In this document: piece after piece, positions 8,440 to 17,331 of the stretch
Layout: each line of letters opens with the position of its first letter
Position numbering within the stretch: position 1 is the first letter of the stretch
Sequence record: OR352958.1
From: Escherichia phage AV128
Length of the DNA: 64,000 nt
Direction: 5' to 3' (one strand)
Notes under the pieces: generated by a model
Told to the model about the DNA's origin: nothing
The model's database searches: none
The model's input: only the letters and a program-made list of their open reading frames with translations
Program-made: the position numbers and the translations under genes

Positions 8440-8913
8440 CTAGTGGCGGGAGAATTGCTCACCCTCTTTGGCTGCCTCTCCAAAATCCTTGTAGAAATCG
8501 TCCATGGAACGGCCCATTTTACTATTGCCATTTTCATCAATCATCGTGATGCCGTAGATGATATTCAGTTCACGGATAGCATTAAGCTTGGCTGATGCCG
8601 CGACTTCTGGATCACGCACAAGCTTCACTAAATTGTGGATGGAACTCTTTACGCTCCACAATTCCTTCAATGGCATCTCTTCCATACGCTTTTTGTAGCG
8701 CATCTTGTAGTACGGATTGCGCTGCGTGCAGAGGATTCGCTGGCCAGTGTAGTTATCGGTCGCAACCTCCATGCCAAATACTAGTGCAAAAGCTGCGCGC
8801 ATGTCATGGCCCTGAATAACAAGGTCAATGAACTCATCGAATAAAGCCTGATTGTGCTCTGCAAATCGCGGGTCTTCAAAGTCCTCAGGCATCGCTACAT
8901 AATCTTGACTCAT
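8440..8913 (-). CDS. hypothetical protein (about 157 aa)
   Basis: Long ORF downstream of a strong minus-strand promoter; no Shine-Dalgarno; start 8913 or 8928. Confidence 0.45.
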   Translation of the reverse strand: MSQDYVAMPEDFEDPRFAEHNQALFDEFIDLVIQGHDMRAAFALVFGMEVATDNYTGQRILCTQRNPYYKMRYKKRMEEMPLKELWSVKSSIHNLVKLVRDPEVAASAKLNAIRELNIIYGITMIDENGNSKMGRSMDDFYKDFGEAAKEGEQFSRH

Positions 8914-8948
8914 AGTGCAAAATCCCATAGTGCAAATTAATAGTGTGA

Positions 8949-8977
8949 ATTATACAATGATTGAACATTATATTCAA
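8949..8977 (-). promoter_or_regulatory. sigma70-like promoter (TTGAAT-17-TATAAT)
   Basis: Near-consensus hexamers on minus strand about 35 bp upstream of the 8913 start. Confidence 0.5.
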
Positions 8978-9140
8978 GTGCAGATTGATGTTCAAATTGG
9001 CTGTAAACGTACACAAACCATAGTGCTGAATGAATATCGGACCGTGGTGCGTGGTGTACTGTTTGATACGTATAAAAGAAATCCATCCCTTTCGCCGCTT
9101 GTTATGCAAATCAATGACTTAGCCGCTGCTGGATGGTTGA

Positions 9141-9430
9141 AGCGTATCATGAAGTATCATCCGTATTGCCGCAAGTCTTTGTTTTTACTTATATCTTACG
9201 GATGATACGTATAAATATAAGTTTAGTATAAGTATGAGGATGTAGAAAAAAATTAATTTAAATTAATTCAAAATGGAGTTAATTGTTTTTTTTCAAAGTT
9301 GTATAAAGTATAGCGGCGACGCGTATCATCCGTATCATCCGTAAGATGTACCACTGAACCCAGTCGCGGCGCACCATAGAAGTGTGTGGAGTGAACTACG
9401 GATAGGTCCAAATCTTACGTCATTATACGC
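9141..9430 (+). repeat. iteron-flanked AT-rich element A
   Basis: TACGGATGATACG at 9197; AT-rich core 9241-9300; inverted CGTATCATCCGTATCATCCGTA at 9322; homologous to 61620-61900. Confidence 0.65.
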
Positions 9431-9539
9431 TTAAATTCTATGCGTAAGGTTAGCCAGCTAACTATATCTCCTTTTTAATTTCAAGCGGCAATCCCATAGA
9501 CGGCGCAGCCTACAGGCCCACACACCACGGTACACGCTC

Positions 9540-9720
9540 CAATTCCTAGTGATTCCCTCTACAATCCCACAGCACCACAGTACAATATTCTTCCAAATAC
9601 GCACACATATTCAAGACACACAAATCACGTCACAATCCTCGTTTCACACCATCCTCTAATAGATTTACACAAATCAATCGCTTTATCCGATAATAAAGCC
9701 TCACAAACAACAGGCAAACA
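9540..9720 (+). other. G-depleted CA-rich non-coding tract
   Basis: About 14 G in 180 nt on plus strand by hand count; CACA-type runs; no ORF. Confidence 0.6.
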
Positions 9721-9738
9721 AAAAGGGCCAATCGGCCC
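9714..9738 (-). terminator. Rho-independent terminator ending the minus-strand early block
   Basis: Stem agggcc/ggccct with aatc loop; U-run on minus strand. Confidence 0.6.
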
Positions 9739-9756
9739 TCTTAACATTAGTCAAAA

Positions 9757-10209
9757 TTAAAATATAAAATTCTTCACTCCTAGCCTTTTAAATTCTTTCC
9801 TTAACATTATATTAAACTTCTTCAATTTAGTTTTATTCATCCTTAGCGGATTGTAGGTGAACACCTTTTCTATTACTTCCTCGCTCATTTTTGAGCGCAT
9901 ATTAGTTGCGTAATAGTTCTTGAACGTATAAATAAGGTAATTTGCTTCAAGCTTAAGTTCAATTACTTCCTCCGATTCATCAAGCTCAAGCAATCCTCTT
10001 TGCGTAAGAATATCTCTTAATATATCCTGACATTTCTTGCAATCACCTTTGCCTAAAAGCGAGTCGATATAATCGCCGCTGACGCGCTCATCACCGAAAT
10101 ATGTTGCGCGACCGCAAAGGCTTTGCACTTCTCCTTCGTCAAAGTAATGCGCACGATGGCCCCACTTCGGTATGGCCCAACCAGCGGCGATAAGCCGTTT
10201 GCCCATCAC
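9757..10209 (-). CDS. hypothetical protein (Cys-containing)
   Basis: ORF in tightly packed co-oriented early block. Confidence 0.4.
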   Translation of the reverse strand: MMGKRLIAAGWAIPKWGHRAHYFDEGEVQSLCGRATYFGDERVSGDYIDSLLGKGDCKKCQDILRDILTQRGLLELDESEEVIELKLEANYLIYTFKNYYATNMRSKMSEEVIEKVFTYNPLRMNKTKLKKFNIMLRKEFKRLGVKNFIF

Positions 10210-10631
10210 CCCTCCTTAACGACCCGATAAGCAATAATGTCACTGCCTTTGAGTGCTCCTATATGACCCCAGTGAAGATGGTCAGAAAGTCTCGACAGTA
10301 CTTTATCACCTCCATTGCGCAGCTTGTATTCAACAATCTCGCCAGGCACCGGATTCTTTCCACCAAGCCACACGGTCCACGCACCATCCTTCGGCGCACT
10401 TTCCTCTTCGATTCGCGTGGCAACAACGTCGTGCAACTGCTTAACGAGCGCCGACGCATCACGGACCTGTGAGCGTAATGCAACCAACTCGCGTTGCGCT
10501 TCACTGTATTTCGCTTCCAGCGCGGCGTAGTCCTCATATGCAACAAAACGTCCTTTGTGACTTTCTGGAACAGGAGTGATGTCGAAATCTTCTGTCGCCA
10601 CATCGTATGTCAGGTCGTAACGTTGTACCAT
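10206..10631 (-). CDS. hypothetical protein
   Basis: ORF in co-oriented early block, stop-start overlap. Confidence 0.4.
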   Translation of the reverse strand: MVQRYDLTYDVATEDFDITPVPESHKGRFVAYEDYAALEAKYSEAQRELVALRSQVRDASALVKQLHDVVATRIEEESAPKDGAWTVWLGGKNPVPGEIVEYKLRNGGDKVLSRLSDHLHWGHIGALKGSDIIAYRVVKEG

Positions 10632-10634
10632 GAT

Positions 10635-11027
10635 TTAATCCTGTTTGTATTGAATAGTTAATTTGACGTAAGCCTTTCCGATTACTTTTGCGCGTTTATA
10701 TTCGATTGCGCGAAGGAGTTCGAAACGCATCCAAGTGGTGCGACAAGGTTGACCGTCGACAATCTCATAGATGATGCCGTCGCTATCATCACTTGTCGGG
10801 AATGCATAAATGCTTCCAGAAGAATTGACCATTTTGACAACGGTGTATTCTTCGCCTGCCGTTTTCATAAGGTCAATTTGCAAGTCACGATGGGCCAGTT
10901 CAGCAGCGATGTCAGACTTGCTGTAAAGTCCTTCGTGAGTCATGGCATAGATGTGGCGCGTATAATAGCCGCCCTCGTCGAGTTGCTCGATGTCACGTTG
11001 CCCGACTGCGTATTGTTTATCGGTCAT
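10635..11027 (-). CDS. hypothetical protein
   Basis: ORF in co-oriented early block. Confidence 0.4.
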   Translation of the reverse strand: MTDKQYAVGQRDIEQLDEGGYYTRHIYAMTHEGLYSKSDIAAELAHRDLQIDLMKTAGEEYTVVKMVNSSGSIYAFPTSDDSDGIIYEIVDGQPCRTTWMRFELLRAIEYKRAKVIGKAYVKLTIQYKQD

Positions 11028-11431
11028 AATTTCACCTTCTCATAAACGGTTGCCACTGCACCTTCGCCTTTGTTGATGTGCAGTTTAATGATCACGTGCA
11101 TAACGGCGCGTAAGGGGTTGTCATGCCAGCCGCTGCGCTTGAATGATGCGATGTCCATACTGTCCAACGCGACGTAAGCCGAGTAGTCACGGTTTGGTCT
11201 CTGGTTGCCGCAGTTGCGAACGACGCTGACATCATTGGCAAGCATCACGGGCCAAGCTGCTGTGATGTCGTTGCAATAGTCTCGCGGATAAGGGAAACGG
11301 CCTTGCGGGTCGACTAGCCCGTGCACATACTCGTTGATGATTGCATCGCTTAACTTGAACAGTGAGTCATCGCCGCCGTAAAGCTCGCCGCGCACCAGTT
11401 CTTCTAAACGTTCTTTATGTTGATTCATCAT
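11024..11431 (-). CDS. hypothetical protein
   Basis: ORF in co-oriented early block, stop-start overlap. Confidence 0.4.
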   Translation of the reverse strand: MMNQHKERLEELVRGELYGGDDSLFKLSDAIINEYVHGLVDPQGRFPYPRDYCNDITAAWPVMLANDVSVVRNCGNQRPNRDYSAYVALDSMDIASFKRSGWHDNPLRAVMHVIIKLHINKGEGAVATVYEKVKL

Positions 11432-11758
11432 TTATTCCTTGACTGGATAAAATTTAGGATTGTTCTTGTAGAATGCCTTGAGCCACGCCTTTGCTTCGGC
11501 AATGCTGCTGAACTCTTCCTTGGAGAGTCCGGTGCGGTCCTCGCCTGCGACCTTGAAATGAATGCGCACCTTGAGCCGAAGGTTGGTTGCTCTCGCGTAG
11601 TGGCCTTCATAGCCGTGATGGTCGAGGCTTACGATGGCGGCAAGCAGCTCGCAATCTTCTTTATCGGGATTACCGTTGTAACAAGTCGGCCAGCCGCGAC
11701 GTTGGAATGACCTGTATTGGCCTGTTGGCTCAGGGTCCACATACCATTTCAATTTCAT
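11432..11758 (-). CDS. hypothetical protein
   Basis: ORF in co-oriented early block. Confidence 0.4.
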   Translation of the reverse strand: MKLKWYVDPEPTGQYRSFQRRGWPTCYNGNPDKEDCELLAAIVSLDHHGYEGHYARATNLRLKVRIHFKVAGEDRTGLSKEEFSSIAEAKAWLKAFYKNNPKFYPVKE

Positions 11759-12096
11759 TTAACCTTCTCCAATTGGAATCTTGCTTCTGGAAAGCCTGCG
11801 ACAAACATGTCACGGCCATCGACATCACGCTTCACGAACCAACGCATGCCGTTGACAACCGTGAAGACAATTTGCCTTCCATCAATAATAAGTCCTTTTG
11901 CCTCATAAAGCAAATAAGTCTGACCGACTTTGAAGCTTAACATATCCTTGCTTGTGCTGGTGCACTTGAGCCGCCATTGGGTGAGATTGGATTCGCTCGC
12001 CTCAATGTCAACAACCTTACCGCGCAGCGGCGATGTGCGCTGAAGCTCTTTCATTTGCTCGTCGAACGTGAGCTCACGGCCTTCTTGCTCTTCCAT
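11755..12096 (-). CDS. hypothetical protein
   Basis: ORF in co-oriented early block. Confidence 0.4.
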   Translation of the reverse strand: MEEQEGRELTFDEQMKELQRTSPLRGKVVDIEASESNLTQWRLKCTSTSKDMLSFKVGQTYLLYEAKGLIIDGRQIVFTVVNGMRWFVKRDVDGRDMFVAGFPEARFQLEKVK

Positions 12097-12422
12097 TATT
12101 CAACCTTCTCCTTCAAATGCTCATGCTTCTCCCCGATGTGAGCGACAGGTTGACGGCTTCCGTAATAGAATGCCAACGCAACGTCGTAGGATGGATGGGT
12201 GTTGGATAAGCAGATGTCATCACACCAAAGCTCCATGGTGCGCGACTTAAGCGTCATCATATTAGTATACCACTCGATGGTGTAGTGGTCGTTAAGGTTG
12301 CCGACGATATAGAAGTTGCGACAAAAGTGCGCAGCATCATCCGACTTCTCGCGGCTATAGCTTCTGATTGCGCCAGCCTTTACCGCCATTTCCAATACTG
12401 CTTCGAGTTGTTCGATTTTCAT
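12096..12422 (-). CDS. hypothetical protein
   Basis: ORF in co-oriented early block. Confidence 0.4.
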   Translation of the reverse strand: MKIEQLEAVLEMAVKAGAIRSYSREKSDDAAHFCRNFYIVGNLNDHYTIEWYTNMMTLKSRTMELWCDDICLSNTHPSYDVALAFYYGSRQPVAHIGEKHEHLKEKVE

Positions 12423-12655
12423 TTCTTTGCTCCGAGTTCAATTTGATAGCCGATTGACAATTCATTTTCGCCGATGTTGAATGCATCAACGGGCTGCGAC
12501 ATCACCGCCTTTAAATATACCTTCTTGCGCCGCTTCGCCTTGTACAAGCAACGGTTGCCGCTGCGGTTGTAAATGTTAAGCCAGGTGCGCTTACTAATCT
12601 TATATGGCACATGCGGCTTAATGAATAATAAACGGGCCTTAAGATTTGATGCCAT
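12419..12655 (-). CDS. small basic protein
   Basis: ATG at 12655 with GGAGG RBS; track start 12697 is TTG. Confidence 0.4.
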   Translation of the reverse strand: MASNLKARLLFIKPHVPYKISKRTWLNIYNRSGNRCLYKAKRRKKVYLKAVMSQPVDAFNIGENELSIGYQIELGAKK

Positions 12656-12660
12656 AATAT

Positions 12661-12969
12661 TCACTTCCCTCCAAACGTTGCAACACGGATTCCGCAACGT
12701 TCAAATGTCAACATAGGGTTAAGGCCGTCGGCACAAGTGATGAATAAATCATCAACAACAAGCTCATACCCTCCGACGTAAAGTATAAACTTATCATCGG
12801 TGTTATTTAACAAAAGGATTGCGGCGATGCCGCCTTGATTATTACTAAATCCTATTGCATTCTCTCCGCTGACTTGCGCCTCATTAAACTCTTTGATAGC
12901 ACCACAGTTCACGCCTTCTTGCAAAGCGTTCAAAATCTTTTTCTTCAACGCTTCGGTACTCATAATCAT
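12661..12969 (-). CDS. hypothetical protein
   Basis: ORF in co-oriented early block. Confidence 0.4.
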   Translation of the reverse strand: MIMSTEALKKKILNALQEGVNCGAIKEFNEAQVSGENAIGFSNNQGGIAAILLLNNTDDKFILYVGGYELVVDDLFITCADGLNPMLTFERCGIRVATFGGK

Positions 12970-13211
12970 TCCTCCTCAGAAAATATGGCGCACAATCCAT
13001 CTAATTTTTTATCCTCAGAGAGAAAGTAATAGAACAAGCCGCTTGAAGACTTCTCGATGTTCAAACAGCCAGCTCCTGGTGATAGCGGGTCCATATAGTA
13101 ATGCGAAACGCCATCATCACCCTCTACTGATTCCACTACATAGGTCTCACCAAAAGATGGCTTGAATTCAGAATTAATCTTGCTGTAAATACAAACTGTT
13201 CTAATACTCAT
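12966..13211 (-). CDS. hypothetical protein
   Basis: ORF in co-oriented early block. Confidence 0.4.
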   Translation of the reverse strand: MSIRTVCIYSKINSEFKPSFGETYVVESVEGDDGVSHYYMDPLSPGAGCLNIEKSSSGLFYYFLSEDKKLDGLCAIFSEEE

Positions 13212-13510
13212 AGCTCACCCTCTTTAAAAACAAAGCCGCTGATAACAGATTGATAGTAGGTCACGCCGCGCACCTCTACAGCCTTGCACCGATGAGCCTG
13301 ACCCTTGTATTCTATCCACCAGACTTCCATGTCAGGCAAGTTGTTGCGACGCGCCAACCAGCCGTGAAACAGCTTGTGTGTTTCGCCGACCTTAAAAGGT
13401 TTCAGCGTACCGTAAGAATCAACCTTGAATGCGCAGACAACATCTTTGCTGTCTTTGTGTACAGCGTCATGAAATAATCCGCTTCTGCCAAACCTTTCGT
13501 CGTAACTCAT
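13208..13510 (-). CDS. hypothetical protein
   Basis: ATG at 13510 with AGGAG RBS; track ORF extends to 13570. Confidence 0.4.
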   Translation of the reverse strand: MSYDERFGRSGLFHDAVHKDSKDVVCAFKVDSYGTLKPFKVGETHKLFHGWLARRNNLPDMEVWWIEYKGQAHRCKAVEVRGVTYYQSVISGFVFKEGEL

Positions 13511-13588
13511 AATCATTTCTCCTTTGCTTGATGAACTAAGTATAATACAGGCAAATAAAAAGGCAAGCATTTAGCTCACCTTTTTGAA

Positions 13589-13849
13589 TTAAATATTCTT
13601 CGCCTCTTCGTGAAGGCCGACCGACCTTAGTTTGCGCCGCAAGTAAGCTTTCTTTTCGCTCTCCCGCCCTTTCGGAGTAACGCGCCAGCGTAATGTGTTC
13701 TCCAGATTCTTGCGTCGGTTGTGCTCGTCGAGTAGCTCTACCAGTGCCTTTGCATCGTCTAGTGTTAACGCCACGGGCCGCGACCCATTAACGGCTTGCC
13801 GAAGCTTCCGCGCGGCAACGGCTAACTTAGTCATCGGACCCTTGTTCAC
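13589..13849 (-). CDS. small basic protein
   Basis: ORF in co-oriented early block. Confidence 0.4.
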   Translation of the reverse strand: MNKGPMTKLAVAARKLRQAVNGSRPVALTLDDAKALVELLDEHNRRKNLENTLRWRVTPKGRESEKKAYLRRKLRSVGLHEEAKNI

Positions 13850-14229
13850 GGCAACTCCTTATTCATAGGCGTGATAGACAACACCTTCACTTCAGTTATG
13901 TCACGGTTGTATTCGCGCTTCATTTGTAGAATCTGAGATTGGATGCGCGCAATAAAGTGCGGCGTGACTCCTTCCTTAACGTTAATCCAAGCCGCAAGCT
14001 GAATTGAGTCGATGTCGCTTCTCAATGTTGTTGGACAGTAAATCGTACTTGGTGCGCCGTAAGAACGTTGCACTTCATAAGCAGAAGCTTTGAATGACAC
14101 CAAGAACATTCTTTCTTCAAGTTGGCTTTCGCTATTAGGATTCTTATCACAGTTAGTCAAGTGCTGCACAAACTCTTCGTGTGGAAGGTGCATTACATTG
14201 TGGCAGTAAGGGCAACGCTTCATTCTCAT
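13846..14229 (-). CDS. hypothetical protein (N-terminal CPYC...H...H...C, zinc-finger-like)
   Basis: Cys/His cluster in translation; early block. Confidence 0.4.
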   Translation of the reverse strand: MRMKRCPYCHNVMHLPHEEFVQHLTNCDKNPNSESQLEERMFLVSFKASAYEVQRSYGAPSTIYCPTTLRSDIDSIQLAAWINVKEGVTPHFIARIQSQILQMKREYNRDITEVKVLSITPMNKELP

Positions 14230-14444
14230 TTTGCATACTCCATAGCATATTGCTGCAATTTATAAGCAGCCTTTCGTAATTGTTGGTGACGTTCAAATAA
14301 AGTCTCACGCTTTTCAGCAGGGCAATCAGCGCGAAGCATCGTGATGGCAAGCTTTGACATTGCGTTCAATACAAATTGAAAGCGCGACACCATACGCAAC
14401 TCGTTGCGCTTGTTAAAAGACAGCTTACCCAGCGCGGCATTCAT
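14226..14444 (-). CDS. hypothetical protein
   Basis: Internal ATG chosen to avoid 22-nt overlap; start uncertain. Confidence 0.35.
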   Translation of the reverse strand: MNAALGKLSFNKRNELRMVSRFQFVLNAMSKLAITMLRADCPAEKRETLFERHQQLRKAAYKLQQYAMEYAK

Positions 14445-14758
14445 AATTGCACCTCGACACACGATTCACTAGCCTTGAAGCTCCAACCTTCCAGACCGAC
14501 TTCGCCGCAACAGCGTGCCTTTGCCCATCCAGTCATCAACCATTGGCGGTGCTTCTCGAAATACGTTGGCCTTTCTGAATAACAATGAACAAGGCCGTTA
14601 TCGTCAATGGCCACGTAACGCGTCCAAGGTGCAACGGGTACAACTACGTCGGGGTGACCCTCTGGCCAAGGCTTGATGTGTACAGCTGTGTTCAAGTCTA
14701 CGTTTAACACGCTTCCTAACCGCTCGTCTTGTTCCTTGTCGATGCCTAAGTAAATCAT
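14441..14758 (-). CDS. hypothetical protein
   Basis: ORF in co-oriented early block. Confidence 0.4.
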   Translation of the reverse strand: MIYLGIDKEQDERLGSVLNVDLNTAVHIKPWPEGHPDVVVPVAPWTRYVAIDDNGLVHCYSERPTYFEKHRQWLMTGWAKARCCGEVGLEGWSFKASESCVEVQL

Positions 14759-14843
14759 AATTCACCTCACTTGTTCGTCTTGATGAAAAGAGTATAAGTA
14801 TTGATAAAAGAAAAGGCAAGCATTTAGCTCACCTTTTTGATAT

Positions 14844-15176
14844 TCATTTTACATAGTGGAGTAGGTCAATCTCTATCTCGTGCCTTGTCCTTGTTATCTT
14901 TGTATCACCCGTCCTGTGGGAGAATTGATAGAAGAAAGAGTCTTTGTGAGCACCTCGTTCAAACGTCATGCTGGCAATTCTGCACCCGCATATTGCATCA
15001 AGCTTTGCTCCGTTAGACAAAAGGTTGAATGTCAAGACGGTGTTATCCATCCTTGCGTTTTGTTTGATGCAAGACTTTAAGAACACATAAGAGTCAGCAA
15101 ATGATTTGTGCCTTTTACAAATCTCTTTCACCTTCTCACGCTCATGCGCGGCGAGTATCTGATCACGGGTCATCAC
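14844..15176 (-). CDS. hypothetical protein
   Basis: ORF in co-oriented early block. Confidence 0.4.
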   Translation of the reverse strand: MMTRDQILAAHEREKVKEICKRHKSFADSYVFLKSCIKQNARMDNTVLTFNLLSNGAKLDAICGCRIASMTFERGAHKDSFFYQFSHRTGDTKITRTRHEIEIDLLHYVK

Positions 15177-15412
15177 TGCACCTCTGTTATTCCGGTAATT
15201 CGAACGATGACTGTGTCATCCAAATTGAACTGCTGCCGCGCGACGCGTTTGATGTCGTCCTTAAGGTCCGCAATCAACTCCCTTGTCAACACTGTACGCT
15301 CTGAAACGTCGTATTGAACGTCAAAGGTATACTCGCCATAAAATACCGCGCCATTGGGAAGTTGCACGACATAGAATGCCATATACATCGCGTTAATATA
15401 ATCTTCCATCAT
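15173..15412 (-). CDS. hypothetical protein
   Basis: Trimmed from track ORF 15173-15523 to avoid overlap; start uncertain. Confidence 0.35.
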   Translation of the reverse strand: MMEDYINAMYMAFYVVQLPNGAVFYGEYTFDVQYDVSERTVLTRELIADLKDDIKRVARQQFNLDDTVIVRITGITEVQ

Positions 15413-15756
15413 GCATTCTCCACGGGTCGACGGATGAGTTTGCGTAACCCTTCGGGCCACACCTTCTTGATCACAGCTTTCGCTGGGCTGGATGAAAGCT
15501 TCTTCAGTTTCAATAGAACACACCCCTCATCATCGTTCGGTTGTACCTGGATAACGACGCGCGCTTGTCGGTCGATGACCATGACATCGCCAATGCGAAT
15601 GTCTTTTACCAACACGCCCATCTCTTTCGTGCCGGATACGCCAATCACATGGTCGCATCGAACGCGCGGCGGTAGCAGCGTGCCACCGGAAGCCATCTCA
15701 CGCACGCGCTTCTTAATTTCTGCGCCATACAACACTTCGTCTTTAACATGAGCCAT
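15409..15756 (-). CDS. hypothetical protein
   Basis: Internal ATG at 15756 with AAGG upstream; start uncertain. Confidence 0.35.
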   Translation of the reverse strand: MAHVKDEVLYGAEIKKRVREMASGGTLLPPRVRCDHVIGVSGTKEMGVLVKDIRIGDVMVIDRQARVVIQVQPNDDEGCVLLKLKKLSSSPAKAVIKKVWPEGLRKLIRRPVENA

Positions 15757-16234
15757 GGTCGAGTACCTTATAGAATTTAGTGGTGAATCGCTCGTCGCCA
15801 TAGTAGCGATATTTGCCGCCGCCAGTGTTATCAAACCTTACCCATTGAATTAAAGTCTGATCAGCGTCGTGCGACACGTGAATCACTCGGCCATTGACAG
15901 GAATTGCACCCTCTTCCGCGTCCTTGCTTATGATTGAGTCGCCTTTCTTTATGTCAAATATGTCAATTGGCTTAAGGCGCGGCTTTTTATCAACATAAGT
16001 TTTAATAGGAACTCTTACGCAACGTGATTGATGGCAAATGGGTCTTGTTGCACCTTTGACGTTGCGCTTCAGTAATTCATCAATGGCATAGTCAACGTCA
16101 TCACTTTCAAACTCCTTCATGATAAAGTCTCTCACCCTTACACGAAGGTTAACATCTGCCTCTGCACGTCTCAATGCGTGTAAAATTTCTTCACACTCTT
16201 CTTTGTTTAACATTAAAGGGCGATGTATGATCAT
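15743..16234 (-). CDS. hypothetical protein
   Basis: ORF in co-oriented early block. Confidence 0.4.
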   Translation of the reverse strand: MIIHRPLMLNKEECEEILHALRRAEADVNLRVRVRDFIMKEFESDDVDYAIDELLKRNVKGATRPICHQSRCVRVPIKTYVDKKPRLKPIDIFDIKKGDSIISKDAEEGAIPVNGRVIHVSHDADQTLIQWVRFDNTGGGKYRYYGDERFTTKFYKVLDHGSC

Positions 16235-16388
16235 AATTAACCTCTGATTTGTGACACAAAACGTTTATAATGCTCTTTGGCCAGGACGCGTGCGCGCTCT
16301 TTCGTATGGCCGCTGGCTTCAAGTACGCGGCGAAGCTGCTTGATTGCGTCTGCCTTACTGATTTTGTTATCGCTAAATTGATATTTAT

Positions 16389-16610
16389 TCATGCTTCACA
16401 AGCCGCCTTGATTTGACGTGGAGTTACAATGACGACTTCACCAACCAGTGATTTGTCATCTTCTTTAACTGTATCGATTCTGACGCGGTAATGATTGCGA
16501 CCGCGCGAATCAGTAAGGTATTGATCCAGCTCAAGGATGGTGCCTGCACGCATGTGCTGTCCTGACATCCAACGGATACGGTCGCCAGCCTTAAGGGTTT
16601 TCTTGCTCAT
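16389..16610 (-). CDS. hypothetical protein
   Basis: Track ORF trimmed to internal ATG to avoid 158-nt overlap; start uncertain. Confidence 0.3.
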   Translation of the reverse strand: MSKKTLKAGDRIRWMSGQHMRAGTILELDQYLTDSRGRNHYRVRIDTVKEDDKSLVGEVVIVTPRQIKAACEA

Positions 16611-16617
16611 CTTCAAC

Positions 16618-16896
16618 TCACTTATAATATTTAAACATTGCCGCGCAAAAGTCTTGCATGGCATTCTTAATTTGCTTCTTGAACAACGGATCATGCATCG
16701 TCTCAACATTCGTCTTGATCCGAACGTGACCGATAACATCAAACGCAGTTGCTGGCATCGGCTCATAGATTTCATGATCGTTCAAGATTATATCTAGCCT
16801 TGACTCAGAAATCACGGGATAATTCTTTCCAGCAGTAAATTGGTCATCAATAGATGATGTGCACTTGACAAAGAACACTTTGTATGTAGTAATCAT
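16618..16896 (-). CDS. hypothetical protein
   Basis: ORF in co-oriented early block. Confidence 0.4.
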   Translation of the reverse strand: MITTYKVFFVKCTSSIDDQFTAGKNYPVISESRLDIILNDHEIYEPMPATAFDVIGHVRIKTNVETMHDPLFKKQIKNAMQDFCAAMFKYYK

Positions 16897-17102
16897 AGCG
16901 AGTCCTTCGGGCCGCAGTAGCGCCCGTCCAGGTAGCGGTCATATTGGATTAAAGCGAATGTTTTTAAAGAAAGGTTACGGCGCTTAAACAGATTGCCAGT
17001 TGCTGGATTCTGCTCGTGCGCCGTTGGATAAAGGCGTGACAGGTAGTGGATGAGGACTTGTAAAGCCCTACGTTGATTTGTTATTCTCCCCTGTGTATTC
17101 AT
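16893..17102 (-). CDS. hypothetical protein
   Basis: ORF in co-oriented early block. Confidence 0.3.
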   Translation of the reverse strand: MNTQGRITNQRRALQVLIHYLSRLYPTAHEQNPATGNLFKRRNLSLKTFALIQYDRYLDGRYCGPKDSL

Positions 17103-17292
17103 GGCTGAATCTACCCTCTGTCAATATCCGGTCGTGGATAACTATACCAGTGCAGCGCAGGCGGTTGGCATTGCTTCGCGCCTTTGCTGCTTGATGAGGA
17201 TTGAACAAGCCAAACAAACTAGCCTTAAAAGCAAACTGGTAATATTTGATTAAGGTACTAAGTGCTAACTCAATCCTGTCTAAATTAATCAT
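17068..17292 (-). CDS. hypothetical protein
   Basis: ORF in co-oriented early block; overlaps neighbour by 35 nt. Confidence 0.3.
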   Translation of the reverse strand: MINLDRIELALSTLIKYYQFAFKASLFGLFNPHQAAKARSNANRLRCTGIVIHDRILTEGRFSHEYTGENNKST

Positions 17293-17331
17293 AATATCAC
17301 CTCGTCAGAAAAGCAAATATTTTGATGATAA

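Larger units (their letters stand above)
7731..8937 (+). repeat. array of at least 10 co-oriented copies of ATAGTGCAAAT
   Basis: Copies at 7731, 7746, 8042, 8129, 8174, 8246, 8426, 8782, 8912, 8927; degenerate copies at 8940 and 9020. Confidence 0.7.

Noticed and set aside
7731-8937. Possible CRISPR array suggested by the repeated 11-bp motif
   Set aside because: Repeat is far shorter than CRISPR repeats, spacing is irregular, copies fall inside ORFs, and no cas genes are present.
8915-9205. 96-aa plus-strand ORF (and 8885-9109 minus ORF) over the promoter and iteron region
   Set aside because: Overlaps the minus-strand promoter and element A repeats, no RBS; likely non-coding.
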